Assembly (NCBI GenBank): GCA_963700285.1
Contig: CAVOXA010000005.1
Span: 192,001 to 256,000, forward strand
Length of the DNA: 64,000 nucleotides
Direction of reading: 5' to 3'
Source of the DNA: an uncultured Chloroflexia bacterium
GTDB taxonomy: Bacteria > Chloroflexota > Anaerolineae > JAAYZQ01
Shown here: positions 9,947-20,560 of the stretch, piece by piece
Position numbering within the stretch: position 1 is the stretch's first letter
Layout: each line of letters begins with the position of its first letter
Made by a program: the position numbers and the translations under genes
Notes under the pieces: model-generated
What the model was told of the DNA's origin: nothing
Seen by the model: only the letters and a program-made list of their open reading frames with translations
Database searches by the model: none

Positions 9947-11432
9947 TGGCCACTTCTCTCTGGCTCAGCCGCAGGTACCGATCGTATGCTTCGTCCCAGG
10001 CGGCCGATTGTTTGGGCTCAAAGGTCGTGACCTCAAAGGAGCGGCGGACCAGGGCCCGGCCTTCGGCCAGGGACTCGATCTGGCCCAGAGCCAGGGCTTG
10101 GACCAGCACATTGCCGATGGCCGTGGCCTCTACCGGACCGGCGACGACCGTTTGGCCCGTGGCATTCGCGGCGAACTGGTTCAGCAGGCCATTCTGCGAG
10201 CCGCCACCGAATATGTGGAGTACCGGCAGCGGATGGCCGACCATCTCGGCCAGGTGTCCGGCCACCAGCCGGTACTCCATGGCCAGGCTCTCCAGCACGC
10301 AGCGAATGATCTCTCCCTTGGATTGCGGCACGACCTGACCGGTCTCCTGGCAGTAGCTCCGAATGCGGGCGGGCATGTCGCCTGGCTGCAGGAACCGGCT
10401 GTCGCTGGGAGCAATGATGGCAGCAAAGGCCGGCGCCTCCGCAGCCATGCGGGTCAGGTCGTCATAAGAATAGGCCCCGCCCGCGCGCGCCCACTCGCGC
10501 CGGCACTCCTGTACCAGCCACAGGCCCATGATATTCTTCAGAATGCGGAACGTGCCTTCGACGCCACCCTCGTTGGTCAGATTGTACTCCAGGCTTCGGC
10601 TATTGATGATCGGTTCCTTGGTTTCTACACCCATGAGCGACCACGTGCCGGAGCTGAGGTAGATGTAATCCGCACCCTGTGCGGGAACAGCCGCCACCGC
10701 GGAGCCAGTATCGTGGCCTGCCGTGGCGACAATGGGGATCGATGGGCTGCTTGTTTCCCTGGCCACCTGTGGCAGTAACTCACCCAGTACTGTGCCCGGC
10801 TGTACGATCTTGCACAAGAAAGCGGTGGGAATGCCCAGCTTTTCCAGCATGCCGCGGGCCCAGTCGCCCCGGCGGGGATCGTAGCACTGGCTTGTCGTGG
10901 CGATGGTGAACTCGCTGGCCTGGCGACCGCTCAGCCAATAGTTGAATAGGTCAGGCATGTTCAGGAAAGTTCGGGCAGCGTCCAGCAAGGGGGAGCCAGC
11001 CTGGGCCATGGCCAGCAATTGGTACAGGCTGTTGATCTGCATGAACTGGATGCCCGTCCGATCATAGATCTCGGCGCGAGGCACGATTTTGAATGCCTCT
11101 TTCATCATGCCATCGGTGCGGCTGTCACGGTAGTGGTAGGGATTGCCCAGCAGCGCACCATCTTTTGCCAGCAAGCCAAAGTCCACGCCCCAGGTATCCA
11201 GGCCAATGCTGGCGAGCTTGTGGCCGTAGGCGCTGGCAGCCTGGCCCAGGCCTTGTTTGATCTCGCTCCACAGACGCAGAACGTCCCAATGCAGGCTGCC
11301 CAAGACCTGCACGGGCCCGTTGCGGAAGCGGTGTACCTCCTCCAGGCGCAGGCGCTCGCCGTCCATGTGTCCCACCACGGCGCGCCCGCTTTCTGCACCA
11401 AGGTCAAGGGCCAGGTATTTGCTCATAATCAT
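9939..11432 (-). CDS. rhaB: Rhamnulokinase (FGGY family)
   Basis: DLGAESGR, DTWGVD, YRDSRT, HDTGSA, SSGTWSLMG, TNEGG. Confidence 0.9.
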   Translation of the reverse strand: MIMSKYLALDLGAESGRAVVGHMDGERLRLEEVHRFRNGPVQVLGSLHWDVLRLWSEIKQGLGQAASAYGHKLASIGLDTWGVDFGLLAKDGALLGNPYHYRDSRTDGMMKEAFKIVPRAEIYDRTGIQFMQINSLYQLLAMAQAGSPLLDAARTFLNMPDLFNYWLSGRQASEFTIATTSQCYDPRRGDWARGMLEKLGIPTAFLCKIVQPGTVLGELLPQVARETSSPSIPIVATAGHDTGSAVAAVPAQGADYIYLSSGTWSLMGVETKEPIINSRSLEYNLTNEGGVEGTFRILKNIMGLWLVQECRREWARAGGAYSYDDLTRMAAEAPAFAAIIAPSDSRFLQPGDMPARIRSYCQETGQVVPQSKGEIIRCVLESLAMEYRLVAGHLAEMVGHPLPVLHIFGGGSQNGLLNQFAANATGQTVVAGPVEATAIGNVLVQALALGQIESLAEGRALVRRSFEVTTFEPKQSAAWDEAYDRYLRLSQREVASE

Positions 11433-11465
11433 CCCCCACTACAGCCTGCCTCACCGGACTGGCAG

Positions 11466-12266
11466 CTAGCGCATCTCCTGGCCGCCCGTGACATTGATCG
11501 CCTGGCCGGTCATATAGCCTGCCTGCTCCGATGCCAGGAATACCACCACGTTGGTGATGTCATCGTAGGTACAGCCCCGCTTCATCGGCACCTGGTCGAC
11601 GTATTTCTGGCGGACCTCCTCCTCGGTGATCCCCCACTTTTTCGCGTACTGGCCGTAGAGCGAGTCTACCCACAGGGGCGAATCCAGCAGGTTGCCAGGG
11701 CATATGGCGTTGGCCCGTACGCCATACTCGGCCAGCTCCAGCGCGATGCTCTGGGTCAGACCAATGCCGCCGAACTTGGAGGCTGCGTAGGCGGAATTCT
11801 TGTAGCTGCCCTTCTTGCCCGATTTGGAGTTGATCTGGATGATGCTCCCGCTGCGCTGGCCCTTCATTACGCGCGCTGCGTGCTTGGCGCAGAGAAAATA
11901 ACCAACCAGGTTGACGTCGATCACCGCTCGCCACTTTTCGACCTGGAATTCGTCCACAGCCCCGGCGAGTAGAATGCCGGCGTTGGAGACCAGGATGTCC
12001 AGCCGGCCAAACTCGTCCACTGCGCGGTCGACCATGGCCTGGACTTGGTCCTCGTCGGTGACGTTTACGCCGATGCCGATGGCGCGATGGCCCGTCTGGG
12101 TCAGGATCTCGCTTGCTGTGTGCTCCGCGCCTTCCTGATTCAGATCGGCGACAACCACGTGAGCGCCTTCGCTGGCCAGCCGCAGGCAGATGGCCGCACC
12201 CAGCCCCTGCGCTCCCCCGGTCACCACCGCGATCTTGCCCTCCAAGACTCTGCCCATTCCGTTCAC
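11466..12266 (-). CDS. srlD: Sorbitol-6-phosphate dehydrogenase-like SDR
   Basis: QINSKSGKKGSYKNSAYAASKFGGIGLTQS and PGNLLDSPLW, SrlD subfamily signature. Confidence 0.8.
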   Translation of the reverse strand: MNGMGRVLEGKIAVVTGGAQGLGAAICLRLASEGAHVVVADLNQEGAEHTASEILTQTGHRAIGIGVNVTDEDQVQAMVDRAVDEFGRLDILVSNAGILLAGAVDEFQVEKWRAVIDVNLVGYFLCAKHAARVMKGQRSGSIIQINSKSGKKGSYKNSAYAASKFGGIGLTQSIALELAEYGVRANAICPGNLLDSPLWVDSLYGQYAKKWGITEEEVRQKYVDQVPMKRGCTYDDITNVVVFLASEQAGYMTGQAINVTGGQEMR

Positions 12267-12318
12267 TCCTTACCTATCACGCAGCACGTATTACGCACCA
12301 CGCAATACGCACCACGCC

Positions 12319-14091
12319 TCACGGCAGCATCTGCCTCAGGAATTCCTCTTCCGCTTCCACCGTCCACTCGCGCCCATCGCGCAGCTTGGCATAGACACTG
12401 GGCAGTGTTTCCTGGAGATCGGCCAGCGCGGTGAGGGGCATCTCTTTGATGTTGGGAAAGATGACGACCTTGCCCGGGAATGCGGTGTCTTGCACGGCCT
12501 GGAGGCCATCCCGGGCGGCACCCAGTGAGCCAATGGCGGCGACGGACCGGTTGGGCGACAGTTGCCCAGACTCGGCTTGGCCCAACATCAGCCGCAGGTC
12601 GTCGATGGTGGAGGCCGAGTGCCCGATGACGCGGGCGTCCTTGATAAAGGTGTCGCTCAGATCGAGATCGACCATCGTGCCCCGGGCCACACCGGCAAAG
12701 ACATTCATCACGCCCCCGGCAGCCAGATAGGTGGCCGCGTCGGCAATGACCGCCGGCACGGGCGCCAGCACAATGATGTCGTCAAAGCCGGCATTGTCGC
12801 CGGTCGCCTTGAAGCGGGCCATGCCGGCCTCGTAGCCATCCCGGTTCAGGGGGTTGAGACAGAGCCAGTCGATGCCCTTGGCCTCCGCTTCCGCGGCAAA
12901 GCTGGTGCACAGGTCATCCAGGCGCAGGTCGCTGACATCGGTGCAGACGATGGTCCCCGGACCATCGTGGGCTTGGATGGCCCGTTGGACGTGCATCCTG
13001 CCCATCGGCCCGCCGGCTCCCACGAACCAGGTTCGTCCGCCCGGTTTGAGCGAGGACCGTACCGGCACGTCGTTGTAGGCCCTGGCGATGTCGGGCTTGC
13101 ATCCGCCTACATAGACCCAGCGGTTATAGTGCACGCGCCCCACGTCCACGGACACCTTGCGCGACAGGGGGGTGTCGGCGATGATGGCCACGACACCGAG
13201 GTCAGCCAGATGGGGGCTGACGGTCTCGATGACATCGGCGTCTGCGCCCAGAACGACAACATCGTCCACGGGGGTCACCAGTGGCGTAGCCAGGTCCTCA
13301 ACTTGCAGTACCTCTATACCCAGAGCGGCTGCGCGTTGAGCAAGCCAGAGGGAAAAGCCAGCGGGAACATTACTCAATAGCAGGCGGCTGGGGTGCGACT
13401 TGGCGTCAAAACCGGCGCTGATGGTATAAGCTGGCTCCAGAGCAGAGCCAAGGCTAAGGTCCGCCGCAGGGTCCGCAGTGATCTGGTTCGAGGCGCCAAT
13501 GATCCAGGTCGTACCGCCGGCTTTAAGCCCGGTACGATAGGTCAGTCCATAGGCGGCGATCACGCAGGCCCAGGGTTCGGTCAGCGCAGATTCGGCATAG
13601 CCCGTATCGTCCTGGACGGGAATCAAATAGTTGCCGTCGTCGCCGTCCAGGATGCGTTGGTCAATGACCCCATACTGGGACAGACCGCCCTGGATCTCGT
13701 AGCCATAGGCATAGCCGATGCCGTCGACAAAGATATCAGCCTGGATGATAAAGCGGTCACCGACGTGGTACTGGTTGCGCAGGTTTTCGCCTACGCCGAC
13801 CACGGTCAGGCTCACCTCGTGGCCCAGTGTCACAGGATCGGCCCGCATGTCGCGATAGATGCGAGGGTGATCGGGGCCAAGGCGGATGACCTTGATGTCG
13901 GAGAAGCATAGTCCGGTGGCATCATGGCGTACGAGCAACTCGTCGGGGCCGTACTCGGGCATCGGGACCACGATGGGCTGTGAATTTTCGCCCAGGTTCT
14001 CCAATCCTGCTCCGTAGAGGGGCCAGAGGCGGTTTTGGTCGGGCAGTGCTACACTGGCGGTCCTGTACCTAGTTAGTTTGTCCTCTGTCAT
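12319..14091 (-). CDS. Long Zn-binding MDR dehydrogenase (L-sorbose-1-phosphate reductase-like)
   Basis: GLCFSD, GHE, ALTEPWAC, GAGGPMG; 590 aa with apparently duplicated Rossmann region. Confidence 0.75.
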   Translation of the reverse strand: MTEDKLTRYRTASVALPDQNRLWPLYGAGLENLGENSQPIVVPMPEYGPDELLVRHDATGLCFSDIKVIRLGPDHPRIYRDMRADPVTLGHEVSLTVVGVGENLRNQYHVGDRFIIQADIFVDGIGYAYGYEIQGGLSQYGVIDQRILDGDDGNYLIPVQDDTGYAESALTEPWACVIAAYGLTYRTGLKAGGTTWIIGASNQITADPAADLSLGSALEPAYTISAGFDAKSHPSRLLLSNVPAGFSLWLAQRAAALGIEVLQVEDLATPLVTPVDDVVVLGADADVIETVSPHLADLGVVAIIADTPLSRKVSVDVGRVHYNRWVYVGGCKPDIARAYNDVPVRSSLKPGGRTWFVGAGGPMGRMHVQRAIQAHDGPGTIVCTDVSDLRLDDLCTSFAAEAEAKGIDWLCLNPLNRDGYEAGMARFKATGDNAGFDDIIVLAPVPAVIADAATYLAAGGVMNVFAGVARGTMVDLDLSDTFIKDARVIGHSASTIDDLRLMLGQAESGQLSPNRSVAAIGSLGAARDGLQAVQDTAFPGKVVIFPNIKEMPLTALADLQETLPSVYAKLRDGREWTVEAEEEFLRQMLP

Positions 14092-14142
14092 GGCTATGTG
14101 CTCCTAATCTGATCTTGTCCCACCCCTACTGGCATGTGGCTG

Positions 14143-15513
14143 TCAGCTCCGCAGGCCGGACAGGAACCTGGCCGGGGGCTGTGCTGGATCCATCTGCCCA
14201 AGACGCTCCACACTGGCGCTCCCGGGCGGGATCAGGCGACCGGCCTTTGAATAGAACTCGTTGCGCTGGCGCCGAGCGGGAAGGTAGGCTGCGGCCCACT
14301 CGCTCTGGTAGCCCAGTCTGAGGGTTCGCTGCAGCATGGTGTGGCCATAGATGAAATAGGCCCCATCCAGGAAGGACTGGCGCACGGGCGCCAGCTCCGG
14401 CGCATCAAAGTCATCGACGAGCTTCTGGCCAAAGCTGTTCAACTCGGTGCCAATGTTCAGGGGCAGGTCCCGCTCCTGGGCCAGCTCGACCACGCGGTAG
14501 AGGTTCTGCACCTTCCGGCGGCGCGTTTCCGGATCCTGGATGTTCCAATTGCGATCGGGAATGATGTTTAGGGCTACCACGCCCTTGTCGATCAGGAAAC
14601 CCAGCCAGTCCTCCATGGCCTCTTCGGTGGCCGTGGTCCCGTCCAGGAAGGCGCAGCAGGGCAGGGCGCCGCTGGCCACGATCAACTCGTGGAAGGATTC
14701 AAGGGTGGGAAACATGCCCGAATCGGGCTGGACATAGCCCACACCGCCGCGTTTCATCAGTTTGGCGCGGATCAGATTCTGGAAGGCCGCCGAATCGCAC
14801 AAGATGGCGGTCACCTCATCGGCTGCGACGCCCAGCTTGCCGGCCCAGAATACCGCCGGGTCGGGAACCATTCGCTCCGCGGCCCGGACGTAGGCCAGAA
14901 CCATGTGCCGCTCGGTAGGATTGCCCGCCGGGGTCAGGGGCTGGACGTCGCGCTCATAGTCAACGGTGACCGGATCGAGGTAGGCGTTGACCCGGGCCAG
15001 GATGCCGCGGTTGCGCTCAGCCGCCCGCTGGCCCAGGCCGGCCAGGATGGTGGCGACGGCCTTGGGCACCTGGCTGGTGGTAAAGCCAATGCCCATGTGA
15101 TAGCAGACCCCAGGCTCGCCTGGCGAGTTGATCTCTTTGGTTCCATACTCGGGCACAAAGACGCGTGACTCGATGCCGGCGCTGCCCCGTACACCCAGGG
15201 TCTCACAAGCGCCCAGGAATTCGTCCACGCCCTTGAGCACGTCAAAGTCCACAATGCCGGCCGCCCTGAATCCTTGCTGCTTGGCCAGCCAGGCCAGCGA
15301 CGCCGGCGAGTGACCCAGCGCATTGAAGGAAAAAAAAGTGTGGAGGTGCATGTTGACCACATCGGTCTCTGGCTCCAGCCGGATCCTCCCTTTTTTGGTG
15401 AGGAGCGCCAATTCCTCGAGGCTCTCGCTTCGAAGGCTGGGGTCATAGCTATCCAGATGCGTCTCAAGTTCGCCGACTCGTTCCATGGCCTCTGTCATCC
15501 CTCTTCCATCCAA
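14143..15513 (-). CDS. PHP-domain protein
   Basis: NMHLHTFFS, GIVDFD, AGIE motifs of the PHP superfamily. Confidence 0.75.
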   Translation of the reverse strand: MDGRGMTEAMERVGELETHLDSYDPSLRSESLEELALLTKKGRIRLEPETDVVNMHLHTFFSFNALGHSPASLAWLAKQQGFRAAGIVDFDVLKGVDEFLGACETLGVRGSAGIESRVFVPEYGTKEINSPGEPGVCYHMGIGFTTSQVPKAVATILAGLGQRAAERNRGILARVNAYLDPVTVDYERDVQPLTPAGNPTERHMVLAYVRAAERMVPDPAVFWAGKLGVAADEVTAILCDSAAFQNLIRAKLMKRGGVGYVQPDSGMFPTLESFHELIVASGALPCCAFLDGTTATEEAMEDWLGFLIDKGVVALNIIPDRNWNIQDPETRRRKVQNLYRVVELAQERDLPLNIGTELNSFGQKLVDDFDAPELAPVRQSFLDGAYFIYGHTMLQRTLRLGYQSEWAAAYLPARRQRNEFYSKAGRLIPPGSASVERLGQMDPAQPPARFLSGLRS

Positions 15514-15517
15514 GGCT

Positions 15518-16297
15518 TCATACCAATTCTACCTCTATCCTTTGCTGGCGCAGGGCAGCGATCATCTCTGGCGGCGCGGCGCTATCGGTGATCACCTGGT
15601 CCAACTGATCCACAGAGGCCAGCGAGGCAAAGGTGACCTGGCCCCATTTGCTGCTATCCACGACGGCGATGACTTTTTTGGACCGTTCGACCATGCGCTG
15701 CTTCAGTTCGACCTCGTACTGACTGGTGTCGGTCAGACCTTCCTCCAGGGTGAAGCCACCGGCGCTAAAGAAGCCTTTCTGCACGTGATAGCGCTCCAGG
15801 ATGCAGGCACCCTCATCACCCACCAGCGAGGCGGAGGCGGCGCGCAGCGTGCCCCCAGGCATGACGACGGTGACGCCTGGCGAATCAACGAACTCGAGGG
15901 CGGTGAACAGGCCATTGGTCACCACGGTCAGCTCATGGCGGTCCTTGAGATGGCAGGCTACCTGCCAGGCGGTCGTGCTTGCATCGAGGGCAATGGCGTC
16001 GCCGTCGCGGACCAGCGCAGCGGCTGCCTGCCCTATCCGCTGCTTCTCGGACAGGTGCAGCTCTTTGCGCAAGGCAAAGGCAGGGAGGTCCGCTGTGTGG
16101 TTGTTCCTGAGGACGGCGCCGCCGTGGGTGCGTACCAACCGGCTCTGCTGGTACAGGGTGGCCAGGTCGTTGCGAATGGTAACGGCGGAGACATCGAACC
16201 TGTCGCTGAGTTCAGAGACGGAGACGCGCCCTTGATCCTGGAGGATGGCCAGGATCTGATCCAGTCGCTCTTGAAGGTAAAGCTTCTCCGACATCAC
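15518..16297 (-). CDS. DeoR/GlpR family transcriptional regulator
   Basis: HTH VSAVTIRNDL, RTHGGA, LDASTT, DSSK. Confidence 0.95.
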   Translation of the reverse strand: MMSEKLYLQERLDQILAILQDQGRVSVSELSDRFDVSAVTIRNDLATLYQQSRLVRTHGGAVLRNNHTADLPAFALRKELHLSEKQRIGQAAAALVRDGDAIALDASTTAWQVACHLKDRHELTVVTNGLFTALEFVDSPGVTVVMPGGTLRAASASLVGDEGACILERYHVQKGFFSAGGFTLEEGLTDTSQYEVELKQRMVERSKKVIAVVDSSKWGQVTFASLASVDQLDQVITDSAAPPEMIAALRQQRIEVELV

Positions 16298-16350
16298 CCG
16301 TGGGCTTTCATTTACTTTCGAATAATAGTGTTACTCTTTCAATTTCCGGA

Positions 16351-16379
16351 ATGGTACCACAGAACGAAAGCGGTGTCAA
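16351..16379 (-). promoter_or_regulatory. Promoter TTGACA-N17-TACCAT for the DeoR-PHP-...-E2 segment
   Basis: Minus-strand consensus -35 with TG extension; nearby TTTC(G/A) direct repeats may be DeoR operators. Confidence 0.7.
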
Positions 16380-16525
16380 AGGCGAGTCGGGCCAATGACA
16401 GCCAGCCCGCATACCGGGAGGTCCTTGCAGGCTGGGAGCGGTTGCTGCGCTCTCTGCTTGAGTAACTGCTGCTGCCAGATTGCTGTCTTGGTGCTACAAG
16501 GTCAAGATGCCGGTGCTCCGGTGGC

Positions 16526-17290
16526 TTATCCGCTCCCCCACTCCTGGCGGCGGTACAGCTCGTCGGGACGGGTGTGGATGCGGGCTACGGCTTCTGGGCT
16601 CAAAAAGTGGAGGCCGCCCAGCGCGTAGGCGCCAATGATGACCCGGGCCGTCTTGACGTACATGGCCGTGATGTTCTCCACTTCGGACGCCGTCTTGCCA
16701 AAGGCGATGAGGCCGTGGTTCTGCATCAAGAGCACCTTGGGGACCTCACGGTACTCATTGAGGTATGCGTCGATGGCGTCGCGCACGGCCTGGGCCAGAG
16801 GCAGGCCGGGATCGGTGTAGGGCACGTAGACAGGAGCCAAACCGCAATAGACGATCTCATCGGGGAAGAGGCGTCCGGCGATGGCCTCCTCCGCCTTCTG
16901 TGAACAGAGGATGGCATTGACGGCGGTGGGGTGGGTGTGGCCCACAAAGTTGACTCCCTCCAGGCGCAGCGCCAGGGCATGCAGCACGGTTTCCACCGAA
17001 GGCCGGGCCGTCGCTTCGGGGTCAACGCGGGCCGCTTCCAGGCCGGCCCTGACCTCGTCGTCGCCCAGCTCGTCCGCTTCCAACAGGGATAGCACCCGGT
17101 CGAATCGAACTCGAACCAGGCCGCTGGCCTCGATGGTGCGCATCTCAGCGCCGCTGGCCTTCACCCAGAAGGTATCGGCATCCGCTTGCGCCGACGAATT
17201 GCCTTCACCCAACATGGCATAATCGTTGGCCGGGTCGCCCAGGTTTCGCGACATGGCGATCAGTTGTTCAAGGATCTGGTTGTTTGTCAT
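16526..17290 (-). CDS. Class II aldolase/adducin family (RhaD-like)
   Basis: GEGNSS, VKASG, RPSVE, HTHP, NHG Zn ligands. Confidence 0.88.
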   Translation of the reverse strand: MTNNQILEQLIAMSRNLGDPANDYAMLGEGNSSAQADADTFWVKASGAEMRTIEASGLVRVRFDRVLSLLEADELGDDEVRAGLEAARVDPEATARPSVETVLHALALRLEGVNFVGHTHPTAVNAILCSQKAEEAIAGRLFPDEIVYCGLAPVYVPYTDPGLPLAQAVRDAIDAYLNEYREVPKVLLMQNHGLIAFGKTASEVENITAMYVKTARVIIGAYALGGLHFLSPEAVARIHTRPDELYRRQEWGSG

Positions 17291-17455
17291 GGCTGTCTAT
17301 TCCTCTATGTTGGTAGAATCGGTTCGGACTGGTCCCTGTCTCGCCGGGTGGCTACGAATCCGTGTGCCCAGGCGCGGGTCACGGACCCGCGCCGAGCAGT
17401 TCAGGGATCAGGGCACGCGGCAGATTCAGAGCACCGAGGCGTTAGACCCGTCCTG

Positions 17456-18726
17456 CTAGTTCCTGCTTCTCGTAGGCCTTGATCTCGTCCATGAAGCCAA
17501 AGCCAACCGGCACATCCTGCTGCAGGCAGTAGGCAGTCCCAGACCGCGCCAAAGGGCAGGCCCTTTAGTTCTTCCAGCAGCGCCAGCCGGGCGGAATAGT
17601 CGCCGCCACGCTCCATCTCGCGCATCGTCTCGATGGGCTCCAGCAGGGCCAGCAGCAGGGCCCGCAGCGCGTTGCGCGTGCCGATGATCCAGGCCGCCAC
17701 GCGGTTGATGCTGGCGTCGAAAAAGTCCAGGCCGATGTGCACCCGCTCCAGGTAGTCGCCGCGCACGATCTCCTGCATGATGGCCTGCAGCTCGTCGGTG
17801 AGGGTGACCACGTGGTCGCTGTCCCAGCGCACGCCGCGGCTGACGTGCAGCAGCACCTCGTCGACATAGAGCAGCACCGCCGAGAGCTTGTCCGAGATGA
17901 CCTCGGTGGGGTGGAAATGCCCGCTGTCCAGGCAGAGCAGCACGCTCGATTGGCTCGACGGCGTAGCCCAGGTAGAACTCGTGCGAGCCGACGACATAGC
18001 TCTCCGAGCCGAGGCCAAAGAGCTTGCACTCCACGGCGTCCAGGTTGTAGCTGGGCTCGATGCGCTCGGCCAGGATGGCGTCCAGCGACTCTTTGAGCAG
18101 CCGGCGCGGCGTCTTGCGATCCACCGGCGTGTCCTTGAAGCCGTCGGGGATCCAGATGTTGGTCACGCAGGGCGTGCCCAGCTCCCGGCCAAAGTGCTCG
18201 CCGATCTTGCGGCAGGCGATGCAGTGCTCGATCCAGAACTGGCGGACGCCCGCGTCATAGCTGGCCAGCGTAAAGCCGTCGTCGGCCAGGGGATGCGAGA
18301 AAAAGGTCGGGTTAAAATCGAGGCCGTGGTCGTTGTCCCTGGCCCAGTCGACCCAGCCGGCAAAGTGCTCGGGCTGGAGCTCGTTGCGCTCGACCTGCTT
18401 GCCGCCCGTCTCGGCATAGATGGCGTGCAGGTTGAGCCGGTGCGTGCCGGGGATGAGGCTGTAGGCCATGTCCAGGTCGCCGCGCAGCTCGTCGGCGTTG
18501 CGCGCCTTGCCCGGATAGTTGCCGGTGGCGGCGATGCCGCCGCTCAGCTCGGCGTCGGGCGATCTCGAAGCCGGCGACGTCGTCGCCCTGCCAGCAGTGC
18601 AGGCTGATGGGGATCCGGGCCAGGGCCGCCAGCGCCTGCGTCGGTGTCGACGCCCAGCGCGGCGTAGCGCTCCCTGGCCAGGGCGTAGGCGCTCTGTATC
18701 TGTCCTTCTGTGGGTTGGTTGCTCAA
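17456..18726 (-). CDS. rhaA: L-rhamnose isomerase, frameshifted
   Basis: [60 protein letters not shown]. Confidence 0.95.
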
Positions 18727-18771
18727 TGCGTAATCTCCTGAGTTGCGTATCTTGCGGCTGGCCTTCTCGCT

Positions 18772-18825
18772 TCAGACTTCCGAAGTTGCGAACCTGCGGT
18801 TCGTTCAAAACTCCGGAAGTCTGAA
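18772..18825. repeat. REP-like palindrome TCAGACTTCCGAAGTT...AACTCCGGAAGTCTGA with nested mini-hairpin
   Basis: Inverted arms visible in the intergenic region. Confidence 0.7.
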
Positions 18826-18831
18826 GTGCTG

Positions 18832-19935
18832 CTAACCATAGACCCCATGTTTCTTCACCGCGGCGATAAAGGTCTCGACATTCTCCATCGAGGTATCCGA
18901 CTGGATGATGTGGGCCGGGGAGCACATGTAGCCGCCGCCTTCTCCCAGTACCCGGATCTTTTCGGCGACGTCGGCCTCGATCTCCTCGGGAGGAACCGTA
19001 GGGCAAGAGGTGCTGCTGGTCGATGGCCCCCCAGAAGGAGAGGCTGTCGCCGAACTGGCTCTTGAGATCCTCTGGCTCGTGGCCGGGCACGTTGGGCTGG
19101 ACCGGGTTGAATACTTCCAGGCCGACCTCGATCCAGTCTCCCAGAATGGGGGCTACCGCGCCGTCGCAGTGCTGCATGATCATCAGGTTGGGGTTGACCG
19201 ACTTTAGTTCGGAATAGATCTCTCGGTAGGGCTCTTTGAAGTACTTGCGCCACATCCTGGGTGAGATGAGCATGCCGTTCTGGCCCCCAAAGTCGTCCCC
19301 GGCCCAGACGCCGTCGACACCCATCGAGACCAGCTTCTTGCCGATGGCCAACGAAAAGTTTTTTGTCTTTTCGATCAATGCCGGTACATAGTCCTTGCCC
19401 ATGGCCATGTCGATCAGCAGCTTTTCCATGCCCACCGCCAGGTGCATCAGGTCGAACATGGACAGCTCCATGTCACCGATGACAAAGTACTCGCCCCCGT
19501 ACTTTTCGATGTACATGGCCGCGTCGTCGTAGCGGCCCTCGGCCAGGGGATCTGGGAATTCGAATGCCTCCACGTCCGCGGCCGTCTCAAAGTGGGCCAT
19601 GGGCGGGGGGGCAACGACCTCCATGTAGACGGGCCCCTGGCGCAGCCTCATCTTGAACTCGTTGATGACATAACCATCGTCATCGATGGGATGTTCGTAG
19701 CCCCGGGGCAGGCAGCGCCGACGATGACACAGTCGCTGCCCATGGCCACGCGCAGTTCGTTGGCTGACAGGCGGTAGGTAAGGTCCTCGTAGCAGGCGGC
19801 GGTATAGTGCACGGGTATGCCGAGCTTGGCTCCAAAGGCGTCCAGCAGCGAGCGGCACAGATCAAACTGCAGGGGCACCCGATCGGTTGTACCCGTTCGC
19901 CGCAATGCTGTCAATACACGTTCTTTTGAGTTCAT
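18832..19935 (-). CDS. Uroporphyrinogen decarboxylase/MtaA-like (URO-D/CIMS superfamily) protein, frameshifted
   Basis: [46 protein letters not shown]. Confidence 0.88.
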
Positions 19936-20001
19936 GCTGTGTCCTCCCTTTGATGGAGACGTGCAACGCACGTTGCAACGTACGTTGCACGGGTGCTTGG
20001 G

Positions 20002-20325
20002 TCAATCCAGGTGAAAGACTTCCTGCAACTCGATCATGCTCTCGTCGGCGTGGGCGCCGTCCAAGCCTTCAAAGTAGGGCGCCATGAAATCCTGCCATTT
20101 GGCATTCACCTCTTCCTCCGCCATCCCATCCAGCGCGGCCTGAAAGCCTTCCGGCGTCTCAAAGTAGCCAAAGAGCAGGCCGTCGTCCCGCAAGAAGAGG
20201 GAGTAGTTGTGCCAGCCGGTCCGCCGCAGGGCATCGAGCATTTCAGGCCAGACTGCTTCGTGGTGCTCTCTGTATTCCTCCAGTTTGTCTTCCTTCACTT
20301 TGAGCAAAAACCCCACCCGCTTCAT
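20002..20325 (-). CDS. rhaM: L-rhamnose mutarotase
   Basis: EYREHHEAVWPE, NYSLF, KWQDFM, EVFHLD. Confidence 0.93.
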   Translation of the reverse strand: MKRVGFLLKVKEDKLEEYREHHEAVWPEMLDALRRTGWHNYSLFLRDDGLLFGYFETPEGFQAALDGMAEEEVNAKWQDFMAPYFEGLDGAHADESMIELQEVFHLD

Positions 20326-20560
20326 CTCGTTCTTCTCCTTAATGGCCTACGCTGGGGAACGAATCTTGCCCCTGGCGCAGATCACCTGAGCGCTCGGAGC
20401 GGGTCCGTGCCCCGCGCAGCCTGTCGCGCAGGTGCAGCCCGGCCAGGTTGCGGACCTGGCCTGAGCGGCAAGGAGACCCAGAGGGCATCCAGGGAACCTG
20501 GAGCGGAGGTGTTCTGCAGTCGTACGGTTGGGTACAGGCCTCGACCGTCAATCCAGCCTC

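Noticed and set aside
17456-19858. 800-aa UroD-RhaA fusion
   Set aside because: Patchwork of frames crossing an intergenic REP; both genes have their own start and stop.
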